A DNA stretch of 62,635 nt, counting the filler. It is 7 parts of 7 records of this genome, joined end to end, with 100 filler letters (N's around TTAATTAATTAA, not from the genome) between each part and the next. Parts side by side here need not be neighbours in the genome. Positions count along the whole stretch, not along the records: positions 10,326 to 16,215 come from SRR31156797_25867; positions 16,316 to 23,407 come from SRR31156797_25881; 5 more parts are not named here. One strand, given 5' to 3'. This document shows positions 11,329-22,700 of the stretch, piece by piece. The translations under genes and the position numbers were made by a program. Under the pieces are notes generated by a model. That model had not been told where the DNA came from. It saw only the letters and a program-made list of their open reading frames with translations, and did no database searches. Each line of letters starts with the position of its first letter. Position 1 is the stretch's first letter.

Positions 11329-12231
11329 ATGAGCGCATTATTACATGCTATGAGTAAATCAATTGACAAGTTTCAAGAAATGGTTGTCCAACTGAAAAGC
11401 AACCTTAAGGGCGACTATGAAGCCCGTCCCGATAATGTATACCTCGAAGGAGAGGCGGCCAACAGGAAGATCATCGGGGATTTCGTAGAATCCATGATGA
11501 AAGCCGGCAGCTCCATAAGAGGGATCGACAATTTAAAAAAACTGAACGAATACAGCAGTAACGGTAAATCCTGCATCCTCCTCATGGAGCACTACAGCAA
11601 CTTCGATTACCCCGCCTTCTACAGGCTGCTCGAAAAGACCGAGGGGCTGGGCCCCGAAGCGGCGGAGCGCCTGCTTCCCATACAGGGGATGAAGCTCTCC
11701 GAGTCGAGCGATCTGACCGCAGCCTTCTCGAACTCCTACACCACCATAGTCATATATCCCAGCCGAAGCATCGATGGGGAAATGGATCCGGACAAGAAGG
11801 CGGAGATCAGAAAAATCAGCCTGCCCATAAACCATGCGGCCATGAGGGAGATGACACACAGAAAGTATCACGGCAGCATCGTGCTCGTGTTCCCCGCCGG
11901 AACGCGTTACAGACCCTGGGCTCCCGACTCCAAAAAGGGTGTCCGGGAGATAGACACCTACCTGAAGGCCTTCGATTACGTTAGCTTCGTCAGTATCAAC
12001 GGCAACCTGCTGCTCCCCTGCCGGGAAGACAATATGGAAAAGGATACCCTCCAGGAGGACGTGATCCTCTTTTCCGTATCAGAACCCGTGAGGGGGAAGG
12101 ACTTCCGTCGTCAAAAAACGGACGAAGCCCCCGAGGGCAGCGATCCCAAGCAGTATGTTGTCGACCAGGTGATGGCCGAACTCGAAAGGAATCATCAGGA
12201 AGCCGAGGAGTATAGAAAAAACCTGCTTTAG
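11329..12231 (+). CDS. Glycerol-3-phosphate/lysophospholipid acyltransferase
   Basis: HX4D motif (HYSNFD) and FPAGTR motif. Confidence 0.8.
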   Translation: MSALLHAMSKSIDKFQEMVVQLKSNLKGDYEARPDNVYLEGEAANRKIIGDFVESMMKAGSSIRGIDNLKKLNEYSSNGKSCILLMEHYSNFDYPAFYRLLEKTEGLGPEAAERLLPIQGMKLSESSDLTAAFSNSYTTIVIYPSRSIDGEMDPDKKAEIRKISLPINHAAMREMTHRKYHGSIVLVFPAGTRYRPWAPDSKKGVREIDTYLKAFDYVSFVSINGNLLLPCREDNMEKDTLQEDVILFSVSEPVRGKDFRRQKTDEAPEGSDPKQYVVDQVMAELERNHQEAEEYRKNLL

Positions 12232-12346
12232 CCTCGGCTGGCCACACTCGAATCCTCAGAGATCCGCATTCATACCGGCCGGCAGGCCGGTTTTTATTTC
12301 GGCGGATAGTTTCCATACGGAAAACCGCGTCCCCAAAGGGACGGGC

Positions 12347-13246
12347 TCAGACAGCTCCCCCCTGCTCGTAATACCATGTTTGAAGATCCAGGATCCGCCA
12401 GGCTCCCGCATTCCGGAACCCCCGGCGCTTCAGGTTCTCCGACAGCATCCCCCCTTCCGGCGGCAGACTGACGATCAAGTGCGAAGCCCCTTTCTCATAA
12501 CAGGAACGGGAGGCCGTGTCCAACAGCCCCGAAGCGATACCGGCCCCTCTGTATTCGGGAAGGACATAGAGGCAGTTCAGCACCGCGTATTCATCCTTCA
12601 TGACGAATCCCAGGATGCCGCAAACGGTCCCTTCCGGACTGAGGGCCTTGAAGCAGACCTGAGCGCCGTCGGGAACGGAGGGAGAGTTCAACAGGAGACG
12701 CCGCAGCGCTTCGGGGTAGTCCCGGTAGAGCTCTTGTTCGAACAGGCTGAGCAGTTCAACGGGGAGCTCCTCCCCCGACTCGTCCATAGAGAACTCGTCA
12801 AGGAACAGATCCTCCGTATCTTCCGGTTCCTCTCCCAGGGATTCGACGCCCCAGAACTCGCAGAGTTCGCCGTACCAGAGGCGCACCCTTTTTTTCATCT
12901 CCCTGTCTTTATGGGCGAACCAGAGCTTCTCAAGATCGGGACGCTCCTTCAGGACGTTCTTGAATCCCCTGAAAACACCCCGACCCGAGTTGAGGATCTG
13001 CCTCAGCCGCTCCCGGTAGACCGGATTCTTCAGAATGCCTGTGAAGCTGTCCATCAGCTGATAGCCGTCGCTTGGATTCCAGTCGGGTAGCTCCACCAGA
13101 TCGTCCCTGCTATCCATCTGGTCGACCTGATCTTCCGAAACCACCATCAGGGTCCCGGGATCCAGAAAGAAGTCTTTGGTCTGATTCTCCATGGCGAAGA
13201 TGATCTGGTCCGTGAGTTCGGGCGTCAGTTTAAAGCGGGCTGTCAT
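12347..13246 (-). CDS. UPF0158-family domain fused to a GNAT acetyltransferase
   Basis: N-terminal IIFAMENQ...GYQLM..F...GRGVFRGFKNVL; C-terminal LYVLPEYRGAGIA. Confidence 0.75.
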   Translation of the reverse strand: MTARFKLTPELTDQIIFAMENQTKDFFLDPGTLMVVSEDQVDQMDSRDDLVELPDWNPSDGYQLMDSFTGILKNPVYRERLRQILNSGRGVFRGFKNVLKERPDLEKLWFAHKDREMKKRVRLWYGELCEFWGVESLGEEPEDTEDLFLDEFSMDESGEELPVELLSLFEQELYRDYPEALRRLLLNSPSVPDGAQVCFKALSPEGTVCGILGFVMKDEYAVLNCLYVLPEYRGAGIASGLLDTASRSCYEKGASHLIVSLPPEGGMLSENLKRRGFRNAGAWRILDLQTWYYEQGGAV

Positions 13247-14933
13247 AGCGTTCCCTCCAGCGGGCGATCTCTGTTTTCAGTTCTGAACGGGGAATAAACC
13301 ATTTTTCCTGGGTCCTGCGGTCCTTCAGCTCCAACTCGTCGTTCTCAAGGAAGCGGCGGCCCACCACAATCCTCAGGGGGATGCCTATGAGCTCGGCGTC
13401 CCGGAACTTGACCCCGATGGACTCGATACGGTCGTCAACCAGTACATTGCGGCTTCCCAGTTCCTGCGCCAGTTCGTCCACCGCCGCCGCGATCCTGCGG
13501 GAGCGGCCGATTCCCATCAGAAAGTAGGGAAAGGGAGCTATGGATGGAGGCCAGACAAGGCCCTTCTCATCCCGGTTCGCTTCGGCTATGCAGGTCATCA
13601 GGCGCCCCAGTCCCATGCCGTAGGCTCCCATATGGGGAAACTCCTTCCGCCCTTTGGGATTCTCATAGGAGAATTTCATCTTACGTGTGTAATAGTCGTC
13701 AAGCTTGAATATATTTCCCATCTCTATGGCCGTACAGGATTCCAGGGGAGTCCCGCAGGCAAGGCAGAGGTCTCCCGTGTTCAGCTGGGCGATATCGGCG
13801 GTGGGAGGAAGATCGAAGTCCCGTCCGAAGTTGACGTTGGTATAATGACATCCCGTGCGGTTACAGCCTATGGCCAGGTTGGGCGTGTTCACCACCGCCT
13901 CGTCCACGACGACCTTTATGTCCTCGTGCAGTCCCACGGGAGACATGTAACCGGGAATCAGATCGAAGCGTTTCAGCGTTTCATCCGATGCCGGATGTCC
14001 CGGAGCGAAGCCGAGCCAGGCGCCCAGCTTGTCCAGGGAGACATCGTGATCCCCTCTCACCACGGCCATGACCGGGCCCTGGTCCGAGTCGTAAACCCTG
14101 GGTTTGATCATCTTGGACAGCGGCAGATCCAGCTGCCGGCAGAGGGATTTCAAGTCCGGAGACTCGGCAGTGTCCACGGTCTCAAGCCCCTTGGGGATTT
14201 CCGGTTCTCCCGCCCTGACCCCCACGGCCACGGTCCGGTTGGCTCTGTAGCCGCAGTGGGGACAGCTCATCACGATGTCCCGGCCCTGTTTGTGGGGATA
14301 GAGGAACTCGTAGGCCTTGCTGCCCCCCATAATGCCCACACCCGATTCGGCGGGAATGACGGGAAGACCGCAGCGGCGGAAAATCTGAAGATAGGCGTTG
14401 AATACCCGGGGGAAGAAGTTGTTCAGATCATTGGAACCCCTGTGAAAGGAGTATCCGTCCTTCATGACAAATTCCTTGGCCCTGACCAGGCCCATGCGGG
14501 TCTTGGCCTCGTCCCGGAACTTGGTCTGAAACTGATACAGAAAGGAGGGAAGGTCCCTGTAGGACAGGACGGTGGAACGGGCCAGCTCCACGGCCGCCTC
14601 CTCATGGGTGGGACTCAGAACGAGCTGTCGGTTCTGAATGTCCGTGAAGGTGACCAGCGGATTCGCCGCCAGGCGGCTCCTTCCGGATTTCTCCCAGATG
14701 GAAAGGGGATTGACCAGGGGAGCCAGAAACTCCTCCCCTCCCAGCGCGTCCATCTCCTCGCGTATCACCGCCTTGAGATTGTCCATGACCGCCTTGCCCA
14801 TGGGCAGATAGGTTATCAGACCCTGACCGAGAACATGGATGAAACCGCTTTTGAGCAGTAGAGAATAACCTTCGAGAATATGATTTCCCGATTGCTGCCT
14901 GACTGTTTTTCCCGTAAGCCTGGAATATTTCAT
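13230..14933 (-). CDS. proS: Proline-tRNA ligase (bacterial type with editing domain)
   Basis: PTHEE, YQFQTKFRDE, RAKEFVMKDGYSF, IEMGNIFKL and anticodon domain GVKFRDAELIGIP; start at MKYSR. Confidence 0.92.
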   Translation of the reverse strand: MKYSRLTGKTVRQQSGNHILEGYSLLLKSGFIHVLGQGLITYLPMGKAVMDNLKAVIREEMDALGGEEFLAPLVNPLSIWEKSGRSRLAANPLVTFTDIQNRQLVLSPTHEEAAVELARSTVLSYRDLPSFLYQFQTKFRDEAKTRMGLVRAKEFVMKDGYSFHRGSNDLNNFFPRVFNAYLQIFRRCGLPVIPAESGVGIMGGSKAYEFLYPHKQGRDIVMSCPHCGYRANRTVAVGVRAGEPEIPKGLETVDTAESPDLKSLCRQLDLPLSKMIKPRVYDSDQGPVMAVVRGDHDVSLDKLGAWLGFAPGHPASDETLKRFDLIPGYMSPVGLHEDIKVVVDEAVVNTPNLAIGCNRTGCHYTNVNFGRDFDLPPTADIAQLNTGDLCLACGTPLESCTAIEMGNIFKLDDYYTRKMKFSYENPKGRKEFPHMGAYGMGLGRLMTCIAEANRDEKGLVWPPSIAPFPYFLMGIGRSRRIAAAVDELAQELGSRNVLVDDRIESIGVKFRDAELIGIPLRIVVGRRFLENDELELKDRRTQEKWFIPRSELKTEIARWRERYDSPL

Positions 14934-15153
14934 GGACACATTGTAATTCGGCTCTTTCAAACAGGTCAAGAAAAGAGTTATTACACCTGTAGCATTGACT
15001 CTCGGCTTTATGACATATTAAGTTAAGGCATAGCTTTAAAGTACTGCCGGTTTGACTTTTACCACGGCAGACACATTATATAAAGAACTAAAGGAAAGGA
15101 GTTTCAATCCATTTGAAAATCAAAGCCCCTTTCCTTATGTCAAGGAGTTATGA

Positions 15154-16215
<1,062 letters not shown>

Positions 16216-16315
16216 NNNNNNNNNNNNNNNNNNNNNNNNNNNNNNNNNNNNNNNNNNNNTTAATTAATTAANNNNNNNNNNNNNNNNNNNNNNNNNNNNN
16301 NNNNNNNNNNNNNNN
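16216..16315. other. Artificial contig spacer
   Basis: N-run + TTAATTAATTAA + N-run. Confidence 0.99.
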
Positions 16316-16555
16316 AACACACCGCTGGTGGAGTGTTCCGGGGACATGGTCCTTCAGGGGAATCTGCTGGTTGCCGGCAACGGAGCCTTCGGCGGCGGGC
16401 TGACCATGACCGGCACGGCCGGATCCGGGAACATCAGCACGTCCGGAAACGTTTCCGACGGGGCAGGCAGCATGGCTGAAATCCGGACAATCTACAACGG
16501 GCACGACCACGACGAAAACCAGTCCGTGACCGACGAACCCAATCAACAGATGTGA
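16316..16555 (+). CDS. Baseplate spike (Mu gp45-like), C-terminal fragment
   Basis: Ends SGNVSDGAGSMAEIRTIYNGHDH...PNQQM, with the HxH tip motif typical of gp45/gpV spikes. Confidence 0.8.
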   Translation, partial: NTPLVECSGDMVLQGNLLVAGNGAFGGGLTMTGTAGSGNISTSGNVSDGAGSMAEIRTIYNGHDHDENQSVTDEPNQQM

Positions 16556-16562
16556 CGAGACC

Positions 16563-17099
16563 ATGAGCGATTTGGCATTGATTTACACCAACGGCGGTTT
16601 CGACCTGGATTTTGGCGACGGCGGGGCTGCCATCGACGACGGGTTGCGAACCGCTGTCATCATCAGCCTGTTTTCCGATCGGCGTGCCGGTGCGGCAGAT
16701 GCGCTGCCCGACGGCAGCGACGATCGGCGCGGGTGGTGGGGAGACATCGACCCGGAGGTGGCCGGCGACCTGACCGGCTCCCGGCTCTGGTTGCTTTCAA
16801 GGGAAAAACAGGTGCCCGTCTCGGTCCTGCTGGCCGAAACCTATGCGAAAGAGGGTCTCCAGTGGATGCTGGATGACGGCGTGGCCACGACCGTGGAGGT
16901 TGACGCGTCCAATCCGGCAAACGGTGTCCTGGGCCTGGCCATCCATCTGCAGGATCCGAGCGGCGTGGAATACGACTACCAGGTGTTCAGCGGCCCGCCG
17001 GGGGCCGTCGTTTATATTGAGGGAACCGAGGTGGTTTTGGACGAAAGCGGGTTCAGCCTGCTCGATGAATCGGGCGAAGAGGTTTCCGGCCGAACGTAA
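16563..17099 (+). CDS. Mu gp46-like baseplate wedge protein
   Basis: LRTAVIISLFSDRRA...RRGWWGD...GSRLWLLSREK...LQWMLDDGVA. Confidence 0.9.
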   Translation: MSDLALIYTNGGFDLDFGDGGAAIDDGLRTAVIISLFSDRRAGAADALPDGSDDRRGWWGDIDPEVAGDLTGSRLWLLSREKQVPVSVLLAETYAKEGLQWMLDDGVATTVEVDASNPANGVLGLAIHLQDPSGVEYDYQVFSGPPGAVVYIEGTEVVLDESGFSLLDESGEEVSGRT

Positions 17100-17112
17100 A
17101 GGAGGGTTTATA

Positions 17113-18195
17113 GTGCCATTTGACAGACCGGAGTTGTCCACCTTGCTGACGCGAACCGTGACGGACGTCAACAGCCGGTTTTCGCCGGCGAACAACGTGC
17201 TGCGGCGCCAAGCCACAAAGATATTAGCCAGGGCCGTGGCCGGTGTGGCCCACGGGCTGTACGGGCACATCGAGTGGGCGGCCAAACAGATTTTGCCCGA
17301 TGGCCAGGATGAGGAGATCCTGCTCAGATACGGCGCTACCCGGGGCGTCCCCAGGATCTTCGGTGACTACGCCAGTGGTGATGTGACCGCCACCGGATCG
17401 GACGGGGCCGTGATCGAGGCCGGCAGTCTGTGGCAGCGGGCGGACGGCACGGTGTTCGTCACCCAGGCCGATGCAGCGGTCTCCGGCGGTGTGGCCACCG
17501 TTGTACTGCGGGCCGAAGAGATCGGAGCGGCCGCAAATACGGAAGCCGGCGAGACCCTGGATTTGGTTTCTCCCATTTCCGGCGTCAACCCGACCGCCAC
17601 CGTGGCCACCGGCGGTATCACCGGCGGCGGGGACGTGGAATCGATCGACGCCTACCGGCAGCGTGTAATGCTGCGCACCTCGACCTTCTACACCGGCGCC
17701 AATGCCGCCGTCTACCGGCAATGGGCGCTGGAGGTGGCCGGGGTGACACGGGCCTGGGTGTACGAGAACACTCCGGCCGCCGGTCAGGTCACCCTTTTGT
17801 TCGTTTGTGATAACGATGATCCTTTCCTGCCGGATGCGGCCAAAATAGTGCAGGTCCGCGACTATATCGAGGAGCACGTGGATCCGAACACCGGGGTCAT
17901 GGTGGGCCGGGCTGTGAACGTGACGATGGTGGTGGCCGCACCAGGTGAAAAAACGATCGATTTCACCCTCATTCCGACACCCAACACGGCTGCAGTCCGA
18001 ACGGCCATCGAAGCGGAGCTGGCCGCCGTGCTGCGCGAAGAGGGAGAGCCGGGAGGGACCATACCGCTGTCACACATCCATGAGGTTGTTTCGCTGGCTA
18101 CGGGCGAGGCGAGCCACACACTGATCGTGCCCGCCGCCGACATCAATTGTGCGGCCGGTGAAATGCCGGTGATGGGGACGATCACATGGCCTTAG
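17113..18195 (+). CDS. Baseplate J / Mu gp47-like protein
   Basis: GTG start after GGAGG; MPFDRPELSTL, GGGDVESIDAYRQR, YRQWALEVAGVTRAWV, C-terminal MGTITWP. Confidence 0.9.
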   Translation: MPFDRPELSTLLTRTVTDVNSRFSPANNVLRRQATKILARAVAGVAHGLYGHIEWAAKQILPDGQDEEILLRYGATRGVPRIFGDYASGDVTATGSDGAVIEAGSLWQRADGTVFVTQADAAVSGGVATVVLRAEEIGAAANTEAGETLDLVSPISGVNPTATVATGGITGGGDVESIDAYRQRVMLRTSTFYTGANAAVYRQWALEVAGVTRAWVYENTPAAGQVTLLFVCDNDDPFLPDAAKIVQVRDYIEEHVDPNTGVMVGRAVNVTMVVAAPGEKTIDFTLIPTPNTAAVRTAIEAELAAVLREEGEPGGTIPLSHIHEVVSLATGEASHTLIVPAADINCAAGEMPVMGTITWP

Positions 18196-18731
18196 TCGAC
18201 GAATACGCCAGCCAATTGCTGGCACTGCTGCCTCCCGGCAAGGCCTGGACGCGCGATCCGGGATCGGACCTGCACAACCTGGTGCAGGGATTGGCCGCGG
18301 AGTTCGCGCGGATCCACGAGCGGGTGGATGACCTGCTGACCGAGATGGACCCGACCCGGGCCGTGGAAATGCTCACCGAATGGGAGGCCGTGTGGGGCCT
18401 GCCTGATCCGTGCACAGGCGAACTGGACACCCTGGGGGAACGCAGGGCTGCGCTGCTGGCAAGGGTGACGGCGGTGGGCGGCCAGACGCCCGGGTTCTTT
18501 ATCCGCCTGGCGGCCTCGCTGGGTTACACGGTAACCATTGACGAAAACGTCGGTGGCGATCCGACCGCATGGCGGGTAAACGCACCGGAGACTACCGTGC
18601 AGTGGGCCAGGGCCGGACAGGCCAGGGCCGGAGACCCGATCCGATCGTGGGGCAACGAGAACCTGGAATGCGCCATTTTAGCCGTCAACCCGGCGCACCT
18701 TACCGTTTTATTCAGCTATGGAGGATCCTGA
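18186..18731 (+). CDS. Mu gp48-like (YmfQ/DUF2313) protein
   Basis: LLALLPPGKAW, EWEAVWGLPDPC, WGNENLEC...PAH. Confidence 0.9.
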   Translation: MALVDEYASQLLALLPPGKAWTRDPGSDLHNLVQGLAAEFARIHERVDDLLTEMDPTRAVEMLTEWEAVWGLPDPCTGELDTLGERRAALLARVTAVGGQTPGFFIRLAASLGYTVTIDENVGGDPTAWRVNAPETTVQWARAGQARAGDPIRSWGNENLECAILAVNPAHLTVLFSYGGS

Positions 18732-19270
18732 TGCACAAGATCGACGCACCCAACGCAACGGCACAAAACGAGTTTACGGACGGCGATCCGGCCAGCGGCA
18801 TCGAGGCCACCGAACTGATCGCCAAGTGGCACAACACCATCCAGCGGGAGCTGGTGGCCGTTTGTGCGGCCGGCGGCATCGACCTGGACGATGCGAACGA
18901 TGGTCAGGTTTTGCAGGCCCTGCAAGCCATCATGACCGCTTTTTCCGGCCAGCAGATCAAGCAGAAGAAGATCGATATCGGCGAGTGGGACATGCAGGCT
19001 TTGGGTCTGAAATCCGGGATCGCCCATGAGATCGATTCGACCAAACTGATCGGCATCCGGGAGGTGCAGATCCTTTCCGACGACGGTATCGGCGCCGGCC
19101 GGTGGCCATTGAGCAAGGCCGATTCAAGTACCGGTGCGGTAGACGGGTACTTTTACATCTCGGCAAGCGGGATTTCAATCGGTCGTCGATCCGGCGGTTT
19201 TTTCGACAACAATTCGTTCAACCAGACCGGCATCAACAGAGGGTTTATCGTGGTCGACTACCTGGCCTGA
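18731..19270 (+). CDS. Short tail-fibre protein with Mu gp49-type N-terminal anchor
   Basis: MHKID...FTDGDPASGIEAT...WHNTIQRELVAV...LD...QVLQAL; only 179 aa; TGATG coupling to gp48. Confidence 0.75.
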   Translation: MHKIDAPNATAQNEFTDGDPASGIEATELIAKWHNTIQRELVAVCAAGGIDLDDANDGQVLQALQAIMTAFSGQQIKQKKIDIGEWDMQALGLKSGIAHEIDSTKLIGIREVQILSDDGIGAGRWPLSKADSSTGAVDGYFYISASGISIGRRSGGFFDNNSFNQTGINRGFIVVDYLA

Positions 19271-19752
19271 TGGAGAAGATGAAAATGATACGGACCATTG
19301 AAGAGATCGAGCGGCGGCTGATGGCCATCTGGCCCAACCTGTACCACAAATGGCCTTCGGACCGGAGCTGCTGGGCGCCGGCCCTGGCGGACTTCTCCGC
19401 GGTTGTCGGCAGGTCCGACGTGAAGACGCTGCCCTACAGGGAGCGCATTTGCGAATGCGAGGAGTACACACGCCTGCTCTGTGCGGATGTGACGCGTCAT
19501 CTGATCGACGCAGCCAATACCCTGTTCGATGCCGGGCGACCATTGCCGGACCGCCTGGCCTATTCCTGGGCGTTCGGCCCTGCCAAAGGGCTCAATTTTT
19601 CTCATCTTTATAACGGCAACAGCCACGACTTGGTTTTTGTCGACCTGGAGGAAGGGGTTTATCTGCTAGAACCGCAGACCTACCAGATCTGGCGGCCCGG
19701 GGTGAGCAGATCCAAGAAAGATCCCGATTTTGTCTACTTTATCGAATTGTGA
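19270..19752 (+). CDS. Hypothetical protein, possible papain/transglutaminase-like Cys protease (Agglutinin_C/MOA-like)
   Basis: ECEEY...AFG...SHDLV...YLLEPQT resembles the DCDDF...HA.N...EPQ pattern; TGATG coupling to the fibre gene. Confidence 0.5.
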   Translation: MEKMKMIRTIEEIERRLMAIWPNLYHKWPSDRSCWAPALADFSAVVGRSDVKTLPYRERICECEEYTRLLCADVTRHLIDAANTLFDAGRPLPDRLAYSWAFGPAKGLNFSHLYNGNSHDLVFVDLEEGVYLLEPQTYQIWRPGVSRSKKDPDFVYFIEL

Positions 19753-19759
19753 GGAGAGC

Positions 19760-22700
19760 ATGAGAAGATACGCAATCATCGGTATTCTGGTTTTTCTGGC
19801 CGTCCAGGCCGGGTGCGCGACGAACGGTCCGGCGCCGGACGAATACATGGAAATGTCCAAAGACTCCGAACCGCCGGCCATCAGCTATCCGCAGGACGAG
19901 ACACCGGGGCGGGACGATATGGTTCTGGGGGTCAAGGATCCCAACGATGTCTGGTCGCTTCGGCGGGTGAAGTATTCCGACATCCTCAAGCTTATGGAAG
20001 ATGGTGATATCCCGGCAACGATAGCCAGGATAAGTGAGATCCCTGCGTCGATCGACATTGACCAAGAGCCGGTACAAGGGGCGACAGATTCGGCTATGTC
20101 TTCCGATTGGGCAGACAGGCAAAGCGTTTTGGACAGAATCGACAACCTTGTGGTTGTTAAAGATAAAAAAGCCACTGTGATAGCTGGAGAGGATTTCTCC
20201 TCCGATGACTATAGAATGCCTTATTACCTTAAGAGTGTTTCAGGTGTCCAATATGCCTATAAATACAGAGCCGGCGTGGAATACCCGGACAATCGAAACC
20301 ATGTTCCATCCGGCATAATTTGCGATGAGGCCTTGCCTGTATCCGCCGGGGAAGGAATCGACGTCACTGTCGGTTCCTGGGGCTTTCGGGATGACAGCCT
20401 TGGTATAACCTCCGGAGAGGTGGGACACAGACTTTATGTCGGGAAAAGTGGCGGCTGGACTTCCATGGCCAGCGAGTTGGCAGACGATGGTGATTTGCTT
20501 ATTGATTATGGCATTATACGGAAAGTAGTCCCGACGATTGTAGAATTGAACCAATTTGTCATGGTCTATGAGCGACAGGCTGATGGATCGGCAGCCTTCT
20601 TCAGCCCAATCCCCTCATTGACCCCTCCAGAGATCGAGACGGTTGCGTTCTCCGAGGATGGAACGAAGCTCATCCTCACAGCCAACACCGAACTAGATCA
20701 GGGCGAAAACTATACCGACGGCGCATGGGAGTTGGCCTATACGGACCAATGGAATGGCGAATATGTTTTCTTGCCAAACTATCATTCGGGCGGAGAAAGT
20801 GCGGTTTGGACACTCAATGCCGGAACAACTGCAGCAGACCACGGACTTGACAGTGCCACGCTAAAATTTACACCCGTACAGGAAAATGAAGTCGAGTCGT
20901 CTGTGGGCGGAATTGATTTGGATTTGTTTACAAAAACAGTTGATTTCAGCGCCGTTGACCTTTCGGCATTAAGCGATCTTATTTTTGTTGCTGGCAGCAT
21001 AGATACCGCTGGAACGACCCTCACGTTGACGTTTAATAAAGAGGCCCAACAAGGCACGGGCTATAATGATAGCGACTTTACTTTGCTTGTAGATGGCTCG
21101 GTTGTTGGCCTGACATACACATCGGGCAATGAATCTGCCCAACACGTGTATACGCTTTCGTCTGCCGCTTCGCATGGCGAATCCGCAACGATATCATTTA
21201 ATGGCGATACGGACAGCCTGGAACGGGTTGACAATGGATCAGATTTGGGTGCCCTCACGAATGCATCAATCACAAATAACTCCACCCAAGGTCAATCGAC
21301 ACAAGACACACAATATTTTTATATGCAAGTGTCCGGTGCTGGCGGTAATTTAGACGACACCGGCGTCTGGGCCGTTCTGCCTACTTCTGCCTCCAACGCC
21401 ATGTCATTGGCAAATTTTAATAACTCTGACAACTGGGAACCTACAGAGAACACGCAGAATTCAAGCAAAATAGACTTCGATGATGTGGTTTACGTCATGG
21501 GTAGTGGTTGGGACCGGGGCCTTTATATCAAGCCTCAAGGAGGAGTTACGCTCGATGGAGATGAGTCAGGCACCTGCGATGCTATCATCAACACCGATTG
21601 TCCCGATTCCACGACCATAAACGGGGCGACAATTCTCGTTCAGGTAGATAATGTAACCATTAGAGACTTCGACTTTACAAATGTTAGGTATGGCGGGGTT
21701 GTCGCTACCCGCGACCTTGTCAACACCCCTTTTACACAGGAAGCGGTAAAGGTCAGCAACCTGATCATAGAACATAATCGATTCGATATCGCGAATGACC
21801 AGACGGCATTGATCCTGCATTTCGTGCCTGATGCTATTATTAGATACAATCATGCTGAAGGCCCCGAAAGAGACTGCGTTTATCCTGAGCCTGTCTCAAG
21901 TGATGATTTCATATCACTCAATGCTGGCAGTAGGATCAAGGTCCTCAACAATAGGATTATCAATCTCCATCATACCTTTTATATGCAACCCTCTTTGGAC
22001 GTTAACTACAACGACACCATCGACTACCCTGGTTCGGGTTCGTATAAAATAGATCCCGATGTTAATTTCAGAGATATAGAAATAGCTTATAATGAGTTCG
22101 GGGAGCGATGTGCCGAAGGCGTAAGCTGGGATGGATCTGACTCCAACGCTACCTCTCAGAATGTGGATGTGGATGAGATCACGAACATCGCAGGGAATGT
22201 CGTCACGCTTGCCGGCGGCGACTGGGATGATTATGGCGACCACTTCTCCGGCCTTTATATGGTTTCTTACGACACGACCGACATGAGTAAGTATGGCACT
22301 GTTTCCATTATTGAATCTCAGGCCGATAACGTATTTACCCTCGCTGACGCAACTGGATTCACCGTAGGCCAGGAGGTTGCAATCGGCATGATAAACCAGC
22401 GAATGTGGATACACCACAACAGGTTTTTGCAAAAGCACAGGGGGTATGGATCGACATTCTACCTCGAAGATCTTTCTAATCGATGCCTGATTGAGAACAA
22501 CTTTGTCTATCCGAGGGACTACAGCGAGGGCCACGGCGTTTCGATGTTATCGAAGCGTCAATACAAACCTAATTACAACGCAACAAACACATTCCCAACA
22601 TTCCAAATCATCAAGAATGTAATACGATATAACACGCTCGATTGGCTTCTGATCGGAGCAGGATGTCAGCCACCGGCATGCCCTACGTCGAGCGCTGATG

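Noticed and set aside
13632-14861. Long antisense ORFs (409 aa here; also 29349..30572 and 34036..35304)
   Set aside because: Shadow frames of well-supported genes in GC-rich DNA, with no recognisable motifs
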